A stretch of 64,000 nucleotides of DNA, taken from Propionibacteriales bacterium (GTDB taxonomy: Bacteria > Actinomycetota > Actinomycetes > Propionibacteriales > Propionibacteriaceae). A program made the translations under genes and the position numbers. Below, piece by piece: positions 35,374 through 43,606 of this stretch. The stretch spans positions 207,957 through 271,956 of the forward strand of contig JBBQBP010000001.1 of NCBI GenBank assembly GCA_038317635.1, in the 5' to 3' direction. The notes beneath the pieces are model-generated. The model had not been told where the DNA came from. It ran no database searches and worked only from the letters and a program-made list of their open reading frames with translations. Numbering within the stretch: the stretch's first letter is position 1; each line of letters starts with the position of its first letter.

Positions 35374-37521
35374 TCAGCGGTTCTGCTCGTCCTGACCGTC
35401 ACCGTCGTTGCTCGGCATGACCGACTCGTCCTCGTCGGGGTCGTACAGGTTGTTCGCCGCCCACATCTTGGCCCGGTCGAACCACTTCGAGTGCTCGCCC
35501 TCGTGCTCGCCCTCGTGCTCCTGCTGAGCCTCGGCCGCGGGCTGTACGTCGGCGTCGGGTGCCACGTCGGAGGTGCTGGGCGCCGGCTCGCTCGAAGCGG
35601 GCATCGGCTCGGTCCATATGGGCGCGGGTTCGTTCCATGCAGGAGCAGACTCCTCGGCCGCAGGCGGCGCGAAGATCGACTCGGGCATCGGCGGCGGGGT
35701 GAAGGCCCACGGGTCCGACGGCGGCTCTTCCTCCGCGATCACAGGCTGCGCGTACGACTCAGGTTCGGCCGGCTGCGCGTACGGCTCAGCTTCGGCGGGT
35801 GGTGCGTAGGACTCGGGTTCGGCGGGTGGTGCGTACGACTCGGCTTCGGCGGGCTGGGACCAGGACTCGGGCTCAGCCGTCTCGGTGGTCCCCTCAACCG
35901 CCGCGGCGCTGCGCGCGAACATCGCCGCGGCTGCTTCGTCGTTGACGACGATCTGGCGCTGGGACTCGTTGGTCTGTGGAGCGACGCCTGCGGACTCGGT
36001 CGGGGCGAACCGCAGTGCGACGCCGACGATGCTCGAGACGTCGAGGGTGAGGTCGTACGCAGGGTTCTCGCCTGCGGATGCGTGTACCTGCTCGTGCGCG
36101 GCGTACTCAGGGGCCACGGCCGGAGGCACCACTTCCGTGTCAGTGGAGTCGAGCGGCTCTGGCTCCTGGAAAGTCTCCTCAGGCGAGGGCTCAAGCGCGG
36201 TGGAGCCGGGCTCCGGGATAGGCGTCGTCTCGCCCATCGGAGTGGGGGACGTCGACGGCTCCGAGGTCGGCTCCGGCTCCGGAATGACGTAGGGCTCCGG
36301 TTCGGGGGCTGTGAAAGAGGACGGCCCTGGCGCCGCGTACATGTCTGGCTCCGGGATCGGTGTCGTCACGATGTCCGACGGGATGGCGGGCTCTTCCATG
36401 GGACCGGTCGCCTCCGGCTCCGGGATGGTCAACACCTCGGGCTCGGGAACGAACAGACCAGCAGACTCGTACGAGTCGGGCTCTGCGGCCACCGGCTCCG
36501 GCTGGGGCTCAGCGGTTGCCTCCGGCTCAGACTCCGCGATCTGCATGGGGGTCTCCGGCGGCATCGACGGAACAGCTGGCGTTCCGCTCCACACCCCCCA
36601 CGCACTGGCAGCAGCCAGCCCGGCGGCTGCCGCGCCGGTGAGTCCGACGCTGTGGTCCGGCTCGGCCGGCGCCTCGGGTGCAGCGGTCTCCGGCTCAGCG
36701 AAGGTGGCAGCCTCTGGGGCAGCTTCCTGCTCGGGAGACTCCTTCTGCGTCACCACGGGCTGCGGCTCCCAGTCCACGAGGTCCAGATCCGTGGCGTCGT
36801 CGGGCGCAACGAGCCGTTCCGGCTCCGGCTCGGCGGGCTCCGGCTCAGCGACGGCTTCCGGCTCGGCGGTTACAGGCTCAGCCAGCGCCTCGGGGTCGGT
36901 GTCCGCCTCGGGCTGGGCGAAGGACTCGGGCTCGGGCTCGGCGAGAGCCTCCGTCTCAACCGGCGCTTGGGGCTCGGCGAAGGACTCCGTCTCGACGGGC
37001 GCCTGGGGTTCGGCGAGGGGCTCCGTCTCGACGGGCGCCTGGGGTTCGGCGAAGACCGGGGCTTCTGTGGTGTCGAAGACCTCGGCAGCGGGCGCTTCCG
37101 CGACGGGCTCCTCGACCGGGGCTGGGGTTGCGACGGGGGTGAGTGAGTGTGCGGAGACGATCGCCGCGGACAGGTCGTTCAGTGAGTTGTCCGAGGCGGC
37201 ACCTGCATGGATGGACTCGATGTCGTACGGATCAGCGACCGGCGCAGGCGCCGCGAACTGCGCCGGCTCGGTCGTCTCAGGATCGGCCGCAGGTGCGTAC
37301 AGCCCTTCCTCGAACACGTGCTCGACGTCCGGCTCAGGCTCGTCGGCGGGGGCCTCCTGGCTTGTCCACGAGTCGGGCGACGCGACGCTCACGGGCTCGA
37401 TCACCTCGTCGACGCGAGTGTGGGCGGCTGGTTCCCAGCTCGCGCGCCATTCCTCGATGAAGTCGTCGTCATCGTCGATCGCACCGTATGGGCGATCCTG
37501 ACCGAAGCCGATGTTGCTCAC
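35374..37521 (-). CDS. Large acidic Pro/Glu/Ala-rich intrinsically disordered repeat protein (about 715 aa), function unknown
   Basis: GTG start at 37521 with a GGAG RBS. Tandem repeats AEPQAPVETE x3 and AEPESYAPP x4. Only the short termini are non-repetitive (N-terminal DDDDDFIEEW, C-terminal KWFDRAKMWAANNLYDPDEDE). 28 bp upstream of the GH3 gene on the same strand. Confidence 0.65.
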   Translation of the reverse strand: MSNIGFGQDRPYGAIDDDDDFIEEWRASWEPAAHTRVDEVIEPVSVASPDSWTSQEAPADEPEPDVEHVFEEGLYAPAADPETTEPAQFAAPAPVADPYDIESIHAGAASDNSLNDLSAAIVSAHSLTPVATPAPVEEPVAEAPAAEVFDTTEAPVFAEPQAPVETEPLAEPQAPVETESFAEPQAPVETEALAEPEPESFAQPEADTDPEALAEPVTAEPEAVAEPEPAEPEPERLVAPDDATDLDLVDWEPQPVVTQKESPEQEAAPEAATFAEPETAAPEAPAEPDHSVGLTGAAAAGLAAASAWGVWSGTPAVPSMPPETPMQIAESEPEATAEPQPEPVAAEPDSYESAGLFVPEPEVLTIPEPEATGPMEEPAIPSDIVTTPIPEPDMYAAPGPSSFTAPEPEPYVIPEPEPTSEPSTSPTPMGETTPIPEPGSTALEPSPEETFQEPEPLDSTDTEVVPPAVAPEYAAHEQVHASAGENPAYDLTLDVSSIVGVALRFAPTESAGVAPQTNESQRQIVVNDEAAAAMFARSAAAVEGTTETAEPESWSQPAEAESYAPPAEPESYAPPAEAEPYAQPAEPESYAQPVIAEEEPPSDPWAFTPPPMPESIFAPPAAEESAPAWNEPAPIWTEPMPASSEPAPSTSDVAPDADVQPAAEAQQEHEGEHEGEHSKWFDRAKMWAANNLYDPDEDESVMPSNDGDGQDEQNR

Positions 37522-37708
37522 TGGAGACTCCTCACGCGGGGGGAAGGGGTGTCGCAGCACCCCTCATCAGCCTATGGAGCCGGGCACACCCTGTCACGCA
37601 AAGGGGTGAAGTCGGCCGGGCGAGTCTTCGTCTCACCTGGCGGGTACTCTGCGTCGCGGGTCGCCCGGGACCCACGCTTGGGCAGCACCGCCGCCGACAG
37701 GAGCCACC

Positions 37709-38503
37709 GTGACCACCTCGCTGACCGCAGAGATCAGCCTCACCGTCGACGAGCCCGCCGAGCTCGTGTTCTCGGTCGCTGCAGCGACCGGCCCGGAGAT
37801 CCTCGACGAGCGCCTCGAGTGCCTGAGCAACGGCGTAGCCGTCGCGGTCGAGGAGTCGCAGGGACCGTTGGGCGCGCGGCTCCATGTCGTGCAGGCACCA
37901 GTCGGGCCGCTGACGTTCTCGTACACGACACGGTTGCGCGGCTCCGTACCGACGCCGGTGCCGACTGTCGGGGACCAGATCCTGTACCGGCGGCCGTCGC
38001 GTTTCGCCGAGTCGGATCGGCTAGGGGTGATCGGCCAGAAGAGCTTCGGCCACCTCGTCGGCCAGGACCTCGTCAACGGCATCGCGTCGTGGGTGAACGA
38101 CAACCTCTACTACGTACCGGGCGTTTCGATGCCCACCGACGGCGCCGTCGACGTGTACCTCAGCCGGCAGGGCATCTGTCGCGACTTCGCGCACCTTGTT
38201 GTGGCGCTGTGCCGCTCGTGCGGGCTTCCGGCGAGGCTCGTCAGCGTGTACGCGCCGGGGCTGTACCCCATGGACTTCCACGCGGTTGCCGAGGTCAGTC
38301 TGGACGGTCGCTGGCAGCTCGTCGACGCGACCAGGCTCGCGCCGCGGCGGACGATGGTACGGATCGCGACAGGCCGCGACGCCGCCGACACCGCCTTCCT
38401 CACCCAGCACTCGGGGGCGACCACGTTCGGGGAGGTGGTCGTGACGGCCTACCACGAGGGTGACCTCCCCCTGGACGACCCCACGCTCCCGGTCTGGAGC
38501 TAG
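37709..38503 (+). CDS. Transglutaminase-like superfamily cysteine protease
   Basis: Catalytic-cysteine motif GICRDFAHL with downstream His/Asp. GTG start. Divergent from the acidic repeat protein. Confidence 0.8.
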   Translation: MTTSLTAEISLTVDEPAELVFSVAAATGPEILDERLECLSNGVAVAVEESQGPLGARLHVVQAPVGPLTFSYTTRLRGSVPTPVPTVGDQILYRRPSRFAESDRLGVIGQKSFGHLVGQDLVNGIASWVNDNLYYVPGVSMPTDGAVDVYLSRQGICRDFAHLVVALCRSCGLPARLVSVYAPGLYPMDFHAVAEVSLDGRWQLVDATRLAPRRTMVRIATGRDAADTAFLTQHSGATTFGEVVVTAYHEGDLPLDDPTLPVWS

Positions 38504-38567
38504 GCGAGAGCACGTGTCCCCCTCGGGGAGAGGACCTGTAGCGCTCTGAGACAGGACCTGTGCGTTC

Positions 38568-38852
38568 TTGGCGAGCTGTGCATCTATGCCGGGGACCGTG
38601 CCCTCAGGAATGTTCCTTATGGGGGACTGTCCCGTCGTACACGAGATGGAAATATCAGGACTGAAGTATGACGAAGCCGACTTGAGGGAACGGTTCGAGG
38701 CCATGGGGTCCATGCACCTTCGGCTTTGCACGCGCACCGAGGTGTTGCGTGATCTGGGCGATCGCGAAGCGTATCTCCAGACCCTCATCCAGCAGGCGCA
38801 TGCGCTTGTCGATGCTCCCGTTCTGGAGCGCATCATGATTCGGCACGCTTGA
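38568..38852 (+). CDS. Small orphan ORF (77-94 aa) in a low-GC islet
   Basis: About 56% GC and about 65% GC3, against about 70% and about 90% in neighbouring genes. TTG start at 38568 or ATG at 38586. No recognisable domain. Could be non-coding. Confidence 0.3.
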   Translation: MASCASMPGTVPSGMFLMGDCPVVHEMEISGLKYDEADLRERFEAMGSMHLRLCTRTEVLRDLGDREAYLQTLIQQAHALVDAPVLERIMIRHA

Positions 38853-38957
38853 GGAGATCGTCATCATGCGTCCGCATCCACGCAATGAAAAGAATAGACA
38901 CCCGGCGAATCGCCTCACGCGAGAGATGCAGAAGCCGCCTGCCTTCCACCGTCGTGC

Positions 38958-39763
38958 TCAGACTGGTTCACGACGCCTAGCTGAGGCCGAGCACGACATC
39001 GAGGACTGCGGCTTCCGCGATGGCATGTCAGCTTGTTGTACTCGGCTTCGCGGCGATGTACCGTCCTCGCCCGCCTCCACGAGGCGGTTGCGGATGCCGG
39101 CGAACGGCACCAGGCCTCCGACCAGCATCATCCCGGCCGTGACGATCGCGCCGCGATGGAAGCCGGCGAGGTCGAGCCGGCCGCCGATGATCGACGCCAG
39201 CATGGCGATCACGAGCAACCCCGCCACGCGCGAGACGGCATTGTTCACAGCGCTCGCGATGCCGGAGCGCTCGGTCTCGATCGACCCGAGGATGGCCGAC
39301 GTGAGGGGCGAGACGGTGAGGGTCAGGCCGACACCGAACACCAGCACGAACGGCAGCACCTGCCACCAGTAGCTGAAGTCCCTCGACACGGTGAGCAGCA
39401 GCAACGATCCGGCGCCCATGATGATCGGGCGGGCTGTCATGAACAGCCGCGGTCCGTACCGCCCGGACAGCGCCACCACGCGCGAGCACTCAGCGACCCG
39501 GCCACCAGGATGAGCGCGCCGAGCGTGATCAGGTACGCGTCAACCATCCACTGCTGCGTCGCGAGTCCTCCACCCAGATCCCGCATGATGGCGGGCAGCG
39601 CCACGTTGACGACGGTGCCGTCGAAAGACGACACGAACGAGGCGAGCACCGCGATCGCGAGCACCAGCCGCTGCTCGCGGCTCATCGGTTCCAATGCCGA
39701 AGCCATGCACGGACCGTACCGGCGGGCCTGCCCGCGGACTAGGTCACATCCTGGGCGTCTCAA
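38958..39763 (-). pseudogene. Remnant of a DHA2-family MFS transporter gene: N-terminal TM1-2 fragment (39437-39763) frameshifted onto a C-terminal TM11-14 fragment (38958-39479); central eight or so TMs are missing
   Basis: N-terminal fragment MSREQRLVLAIAVLASFVSSFDGTVVNVALPAIMRDLGG is a typical DHA2 start. The second ORF begins in the RIGRRP-like loop and ends with the C-terminal SRQxGG-type region. Combined length about 280 aa against about 480 aa for an intact DHA2 gene (compare 6921-8378). Confidence 0.5.
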
Positions 39764-40391
39764 TGAGTCCGCGCTCGATACCTCGGATGACAGCCATGGT
39801 CCGATCGGTGACCTCGAGCTTGGCGAAGACCCGCAGGAGGTGCGACTTCACAGTGGCCTCACCGATGTACAGCTCCCGGCCGATCTCGGCGTTGGTCCGA
39901 CCCGTGGCGACCAGCCTGAGCACGTCCAGCTCCCGCGGGCTCAGCAGCTTTTGCGTGGTCACGGGCTCGACCGGACCGGTACGGACGTGGTGGACGAGCC
40001 TCGAGGCAACCGAAGGGGACAGCGCCGACTCGCCCTCAGCCACCGCCCGCACGCCAGCCACGATCTCCGACGGGGGAGACGCTTTGAGAAGGTAGCCGGC
40101 CGCACCGGCTCCGATGGCGGCGAGGATCTGCTCGTCCGACTCGTACGTGGTCAGGACCAGGACGTGGCCGAGGCCGCCGGACACGATCTGGCCAGTAGCG
40201 GCTACCCCGTCGAGCACCGGCATTCGCAGATCGAGCAGTACGACATCGGGTCGCAGGAGTCGCGCCTGTGCCACCGCCTCGGCGCCATCACCGGCCTCGC
40301 CCACCACGGCGATGTCGTCGGCGTCGGCAAGGAGCCCCACGATGCCCGACCGTACGATCGGGTGGTCATCGGCGACCAGCACCCGGATCAC
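39744..40391 (-). CDS. NarL/LuxR-family response regulator
   Basis: REC domain VLVADDHPIVRSG with phospho-acceptor Asp. C-terminal LuxR HTH LSPRELDVLRLVATGRTNAEIGREL. Confidence 0.9.
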   Translation of the reverse strand: MIRVLVADDHPIVRSGIVGLLADADDIAVVGEAGDGAEAVAQARLLRPDVVLLDLRMPVLDGVAATGQIVSGGLGHVLVLTTYESDEQILAAIGAGAAGYLLKASPPSEIVAGVRAVAEGESALSPSVASRLVHHVRTGPVEPVTTQKLLSPRELDVLRLVATGRTNAEIGRELYIGEATVKSHLLRVFAKLEVTDRTMAVIRGIERGLIETPRM

Positions 40392-41611
40392 GAGGTGACC
40401 TCCGCGCCGGTACGGCGAGGGAGAGCAACCCGTACCGTCGTGCCACCCGACGCATCGGGCCCGATCTCGACGGTGCCGCCCACCAGCCGCACGCGCTCCG
40501 CCATGCCCGACAGCCCGTACCCGTTCCCGGCCAGCGTGCCGATCCCGGTCCCGTCGTCGGTGACCGTGAGGCCGGCGCCGTCGTCCGTGGCGTCGATGCT
40601 GACCCGGACGTGCTGAGCATGGGCGTGCTTGCGGACGTTGGCCAAGGCCTCCTGCGCGCAGCGCAGCAGGACGACTTCCGCCTCGCGGTCGACGTCCGGC
40701 GCCTCACCGGTCACGCTCACGGCCACGCCGGTCTCCGCCGAGAACCGGTCCGCGAGGGCCGCCAGGGTCGCGGGCAGACCACCGGCCACGTTGACTGGGG
40801 TGTACGCCCCGACGAGCGCACGGGCCTCGGTGAGCGCCTCCTGGGCGAGGTCCTCGATGAGACTCAGCGTCGGGCCCAGCGACTCCGGTGCCCGCGTGGC
40901 GACGGCGCTCGCGCGCTGCGCGGTCATCACGAGCCCGGTCAACGACTGGGCGATCGTGTCGTGGATCTCTCGTGCGACCCGCGCGCGTTCCTCGGTGATT
41001 CCGGCCTGCCGCTCCAGCGAGGCGACCACGTCCTGCGAGGCGCGCAGCTCCGTCAGCAGCCGGTCCCGTTCCTGGCCGTAGCTCTGGATCCGGGTGATCC
41101 ACAGGCCCAGAGCGACCGTGAAGGAGAAGGCCAGGAGCGCGCCGACGGCGGCCGATGCCCAGTCGCCGGTACCGAGCCCGGAGGTGACGGCCATCCCGAT
41201 GGCGAGCACGGCCGAGCGGATGACGGCGGAGGTGGTGCCCGACGACATCACCCACAGCAGGGGGTAGAGCACGGCCTGAGTGGTCGCCGCGAACGGGTCG
41301 AACAAGGTCCCCACCATGCCGGCACCGATGAGCAGCGAGGTGGCCCAGCGAGTCACCGCGGTGCCTCGCTGGGCGGCGACGGCGCGGCGTCCGACCGCGA
41401 CGTACACCGCCACGACCAAGGCGAGCCCACCGGTCGCTGCCCAGGACGACCGGCTGCCGCCTCCCATGATGAGGATGGTCGTCGCGGCCATGCCGCATGT
41501 CACGAAGACTGCGGCGCCCAATCCCTTCGCTATGACCTGGCTGGTGCTCGACACGGTCCTATCCTCGCTCACCGGGAGGCGGTCGGTCATCGACTTCGTA
41601 CGGACGCTCAC
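40388..41611 (-). CDS. Sensor histidine kinase (HisKA_3/NarX-type) with a multi-TM intramembrane sensing N-terminus
   Basis: H-box REIHDTIAQSL. HATPase_c G-boxes. About 190 aa of TM helices and no periplasmic domain. Confidence 0.9.
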   Translation of the reverse strand: MSVRTKSMTDRLPVSEDRTVSSTSQVIAKGLGAAVFVTCGMAATTILIMGGGSRSSWAATGGLALVVAVYVAVGRRAVAAQRGTAVTRWATSLLIGAGMVGTLFDPFAATTQAVLYPLLWVMSSGTTSAVIRSAVLAIGMAVTSGLGTGDWASAAVGALLAFSFTVALGLWITRIQSYGQERDRLLTELRASQDVVASLERQAGITEERARVAREIHDTIAQSLTGLVMTAQRASAVATRAPESLGPTLSLIEDLAQEALTEARALVGAYTPVNVAGGLPATLAALADRFSAETGVAVSVTGEAPDVDREAEVVLLRCAQEALANVRKHAHAQHVRVSIDATDDGAGLTVTDDGTGIGTLAGNGYGLSGMAERVRLVGGTVEIGPDASGGTTVRVALPRRTGAEVTS

Positions 41612-42480
41612 GCGTCACGGCGGATCCATCGGAAGGTGAGCCGGGACAGTCCGAGTCCGACGACGAGCCAGACGCCCAGCGCGATCGCCACCTGGCCGAG
41701 GTTCCACGACTGGCCCACCTCCAGCTGGCTGAAGCCATCCGGCAGGAACGCGGCCCGCATTCCCTGCGCCAGCCACTTGAGCGGGAATGCCGATGCGAGG
41801 TTCTGCATCCACGTGGGCAGGCCGTAGAACTGCAGATACACGCCGGAGATGAACTGGAGCACGAGCGTGATCGGCAGCACGACCGCCGAGGCGGACTTGC
41901 CGGACCGGGGGAGGGCTGACAGGGCGATGCCGAGCAGGCTGCTGGCGGCCAGTCCCACGAGCCAGACCCACCCGAAGGTGAGCCACTTCTGCGCCGTGGT
42001 GGGCAATCCGATGCCGAGTCCGTAGTGGGCCACGACAAGGAGAATCACCGTCTGTACGGTCGCGGTCACCAGAACCTGACCGAGCTTGCCGGCGAAGTAG
42101 ACGAACGGAGACATCGGGGTACCACCCCAGCGCTTCAGGCGGCCGTCGCTCTTCTCGTGCGCGATGTCGATGGCCAGGTTCTGCACGCCTGACAGCAGGA
42201 CGCCCGCGGCCACCATGCCAGGAAGGAAGTACGCACCCACCGTGAGGCCCGCTCCGACCCCGTCAGGGTTGGGGATGATCCCTTGGGAGGCGAAGGCTGA
42301 CGCGAAGATCGCCAGCATGATGATCGGGAAGCCGAACGTGAAGACAAGGGTGTCGCCGTGGCGGATGTAGTTGGTGATCTCGAACCGGATCTGGCGCAGG
42401 CACTGGCCCGCGACACCACCCGGGGACGGCAGGGGACGGCGTGCGACGCGGTCCGGGGCGACGGCGAGTGTGGTGGTCAT
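41608..42480 (-). CDS. ABC-2 type transporter permease
   Basis: 290 aa, six-TM profile. 4-bp overlaps on both sides. Confidence 0.85.
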   Translation of the reverse strand: MTTTLAVAPDRVARRPLPSPGGVAGQCLRQIRFEITNYIRHGDTLVFTFGFPIIMLAIFASAFASQGIIPNPDGVGAGLTVGAYFLPGMVAAGVLLSGVQNLAIDIAHEKSDGRLKRWGGTPMSPFVYFAGKLGQVLVTATVQTVILLVVAHYGLGIGLPTTAQKWLTFGWVWLVGLAASSLLGIALSALPRSGKSASAVVLPITLVLQFISGVYLQFYGLPTWMQNLASAFPLKWLAQGMRAAFLPDGFSQLEVGQSWNLGQVAIALGVWLVVGLGLSRLTFRWIRRDA

Positions 42481-43340
42481 GCTGCGTCCTTCGAGTCGGC
42501 GCCGATCATGGCGAGGTAGATGTCTTCGAGGCTGGGGCGGATGACCTCCAGGTCACGCGGCTCGCCGTCAGCCTGCGCGGCGAGCTGGGCGACGACCGCC
42601 GACGGCGTGTCGGTGACGACTGTTCGTCGCTCGCCCGACTGGTCGCGCCACCGCACCACGGGTCGGCGCGCATCGGTCCCGCCGATCGCATCGACCGCGC
42701 CGACGTCCACGAGCCGGCCTCCACTGATGATCCCGACCCGATCGGCGAGCTCTGCGGCCTCGTCGAGGTAGTGGGTGGTGAGGATGATCGTCGTCCCGCC
42801 GTCTTGCAGAGAACGTACGAGCTCCCAGAACTCCCGCCGCGCCTCCGGGTCGAAACCAGTGGTCGGCTCGTCGAGGAACAACAGCTCGGGCCGGCCGATC
42901 ACGCCCAGGGCGACGTCGAGCCGGCGTCGCTGACCACCGGAGAGCCTGCTGCTGCGCGTGGTCGCCTTCTCCTGCAGGCCGACGCGGGCGATCACATCGT
43001 CGACGTCACGCGGATCCGGATACAGGCCGCCCACCAGTGTCAGCAGCTCCCGTACCGTGGCAGTGTCCGACTCGGCCGTCGACTGGGCGACGATCCCCAG
43101 CCGCGCCTTCCACGAGAGGTCTCCGTGGTCGGGGTCGACGCCCAGGACGCTCACCGAGCCCGACGTGCGGCGCCGGTAGCCCTCGAGGATCTCGATCGTC
43201 GTCGACTTGCCGGCCCCGTTCGGACCCAGGAGCGCGAAGGTCTCGCCGCGCTGGATGGTCAGGTTGACCCCGTCGACGGCGTGCAAGGGCCCGTAGTGCT
43301 TGCGGAGGTCAGTGATCCGTACGGCAACGTCATCTGTCAT
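42477..43340 (-). CDS. ABC transporter ATP-binding protein (DrrA-like)
   Basis: Walker A GPNGAGKST. Signature LSGGQRRRLDVA. Walker B LLFLDEPTTGFD. Confidence 0.9.
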   Translation of the reverse strand: MTDDVAVRITDLRKHYGPLHAVDGVNLTIQRGETFALLGPNGAGKSTTIEILEGYRRRTSGSVSVLGVDPDHGDLSWKARLGIVAQSTAESDTATVRELLTLVGGLYPDPRDVDDVIARVGLQEKATTRSSRLSGGQRRRLDVALGVIGRPELLFLDEPTTGFDPEARREFWELVRSLQDGGTTIILTTHYLDEAAELADRVGIISGGRLVDVGAVDAIGGTDARRPVVRWRDQSGERRTVVTDTPSAVVAQLAAQADGEPRDLEVIRPSLEDIYLAMIGADSKDAA

Positions 43341-43404
43341 GTCTTCAGCGTGGCGTCGTCGCGACGCCTACGGCAGCCGTCTACAGGTGGGTTCGCACCC
43401 CTCG

Positions 43405-43428
43405 TCCCTCCACCGTTCGGTGGAGGGA
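43405..43428. terminator. Perfect hairpin TCCCTCCACC-gttc-GGTGGAGGGA (10-bp stem), a candidate terminator for the acyl-CoA oxidase gene or 5' structure of the ABC operon
   Basis: Read directly from the sequence. Located 180 bp downstream of the acyl-CoA oxidase stop on the minus strand. No U-tract. Confidence 0.4.
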
Positions 43429-43460
43429 GAACCGGGCGGGGCTGATCTCGGCCCAGGGAG

Positions 43461-43499
43461 CCTCGCTCCCCAACCCATCGACCTCGCTCCCCAACCCAT
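43461..43499. repeat. Two direct copies of the 18-mer CCTCGCTCCCCAACCCAT separated by CGA
   Basis: Exact tandem duplication at 43461-43478 and 43482-43499 in a non-coding region. Confidence 0.6.
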
Positions 43500-43606
43500 G
43501 GGCCGCTTCCCACGGCATCGGTGGCTGGTGAAGCGGACCATGGCTTGGGAAGCTGCGCGATCGGTGGGAGCGGACTCGCCGACGAGGGTCGGCGGGGAGG
43601 TCCGGC

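Noticed and set aside
35362-38463. Long plus-strand ORFs 35362-37146 and 37207-38463, and minus ORF 38021-38836
   Set aside because: Shadows of the acidic repeat protein and transglutaminase-like genes. Gly/Arg-rich with no motifs.
38866-39372. 168-aa plus-strand ORF after the small orphan ORF
   Set aside because: It runs antisense into the MFS remnant. No RBS. Composition is shadow-like.
43455-43500. Possible CRISPR or minisatellite
   Set aside because: Only two copies of an 18-mer with a 3-nt spacer. No repeat-spacer periodicity and no cas genes anywhere in the window.
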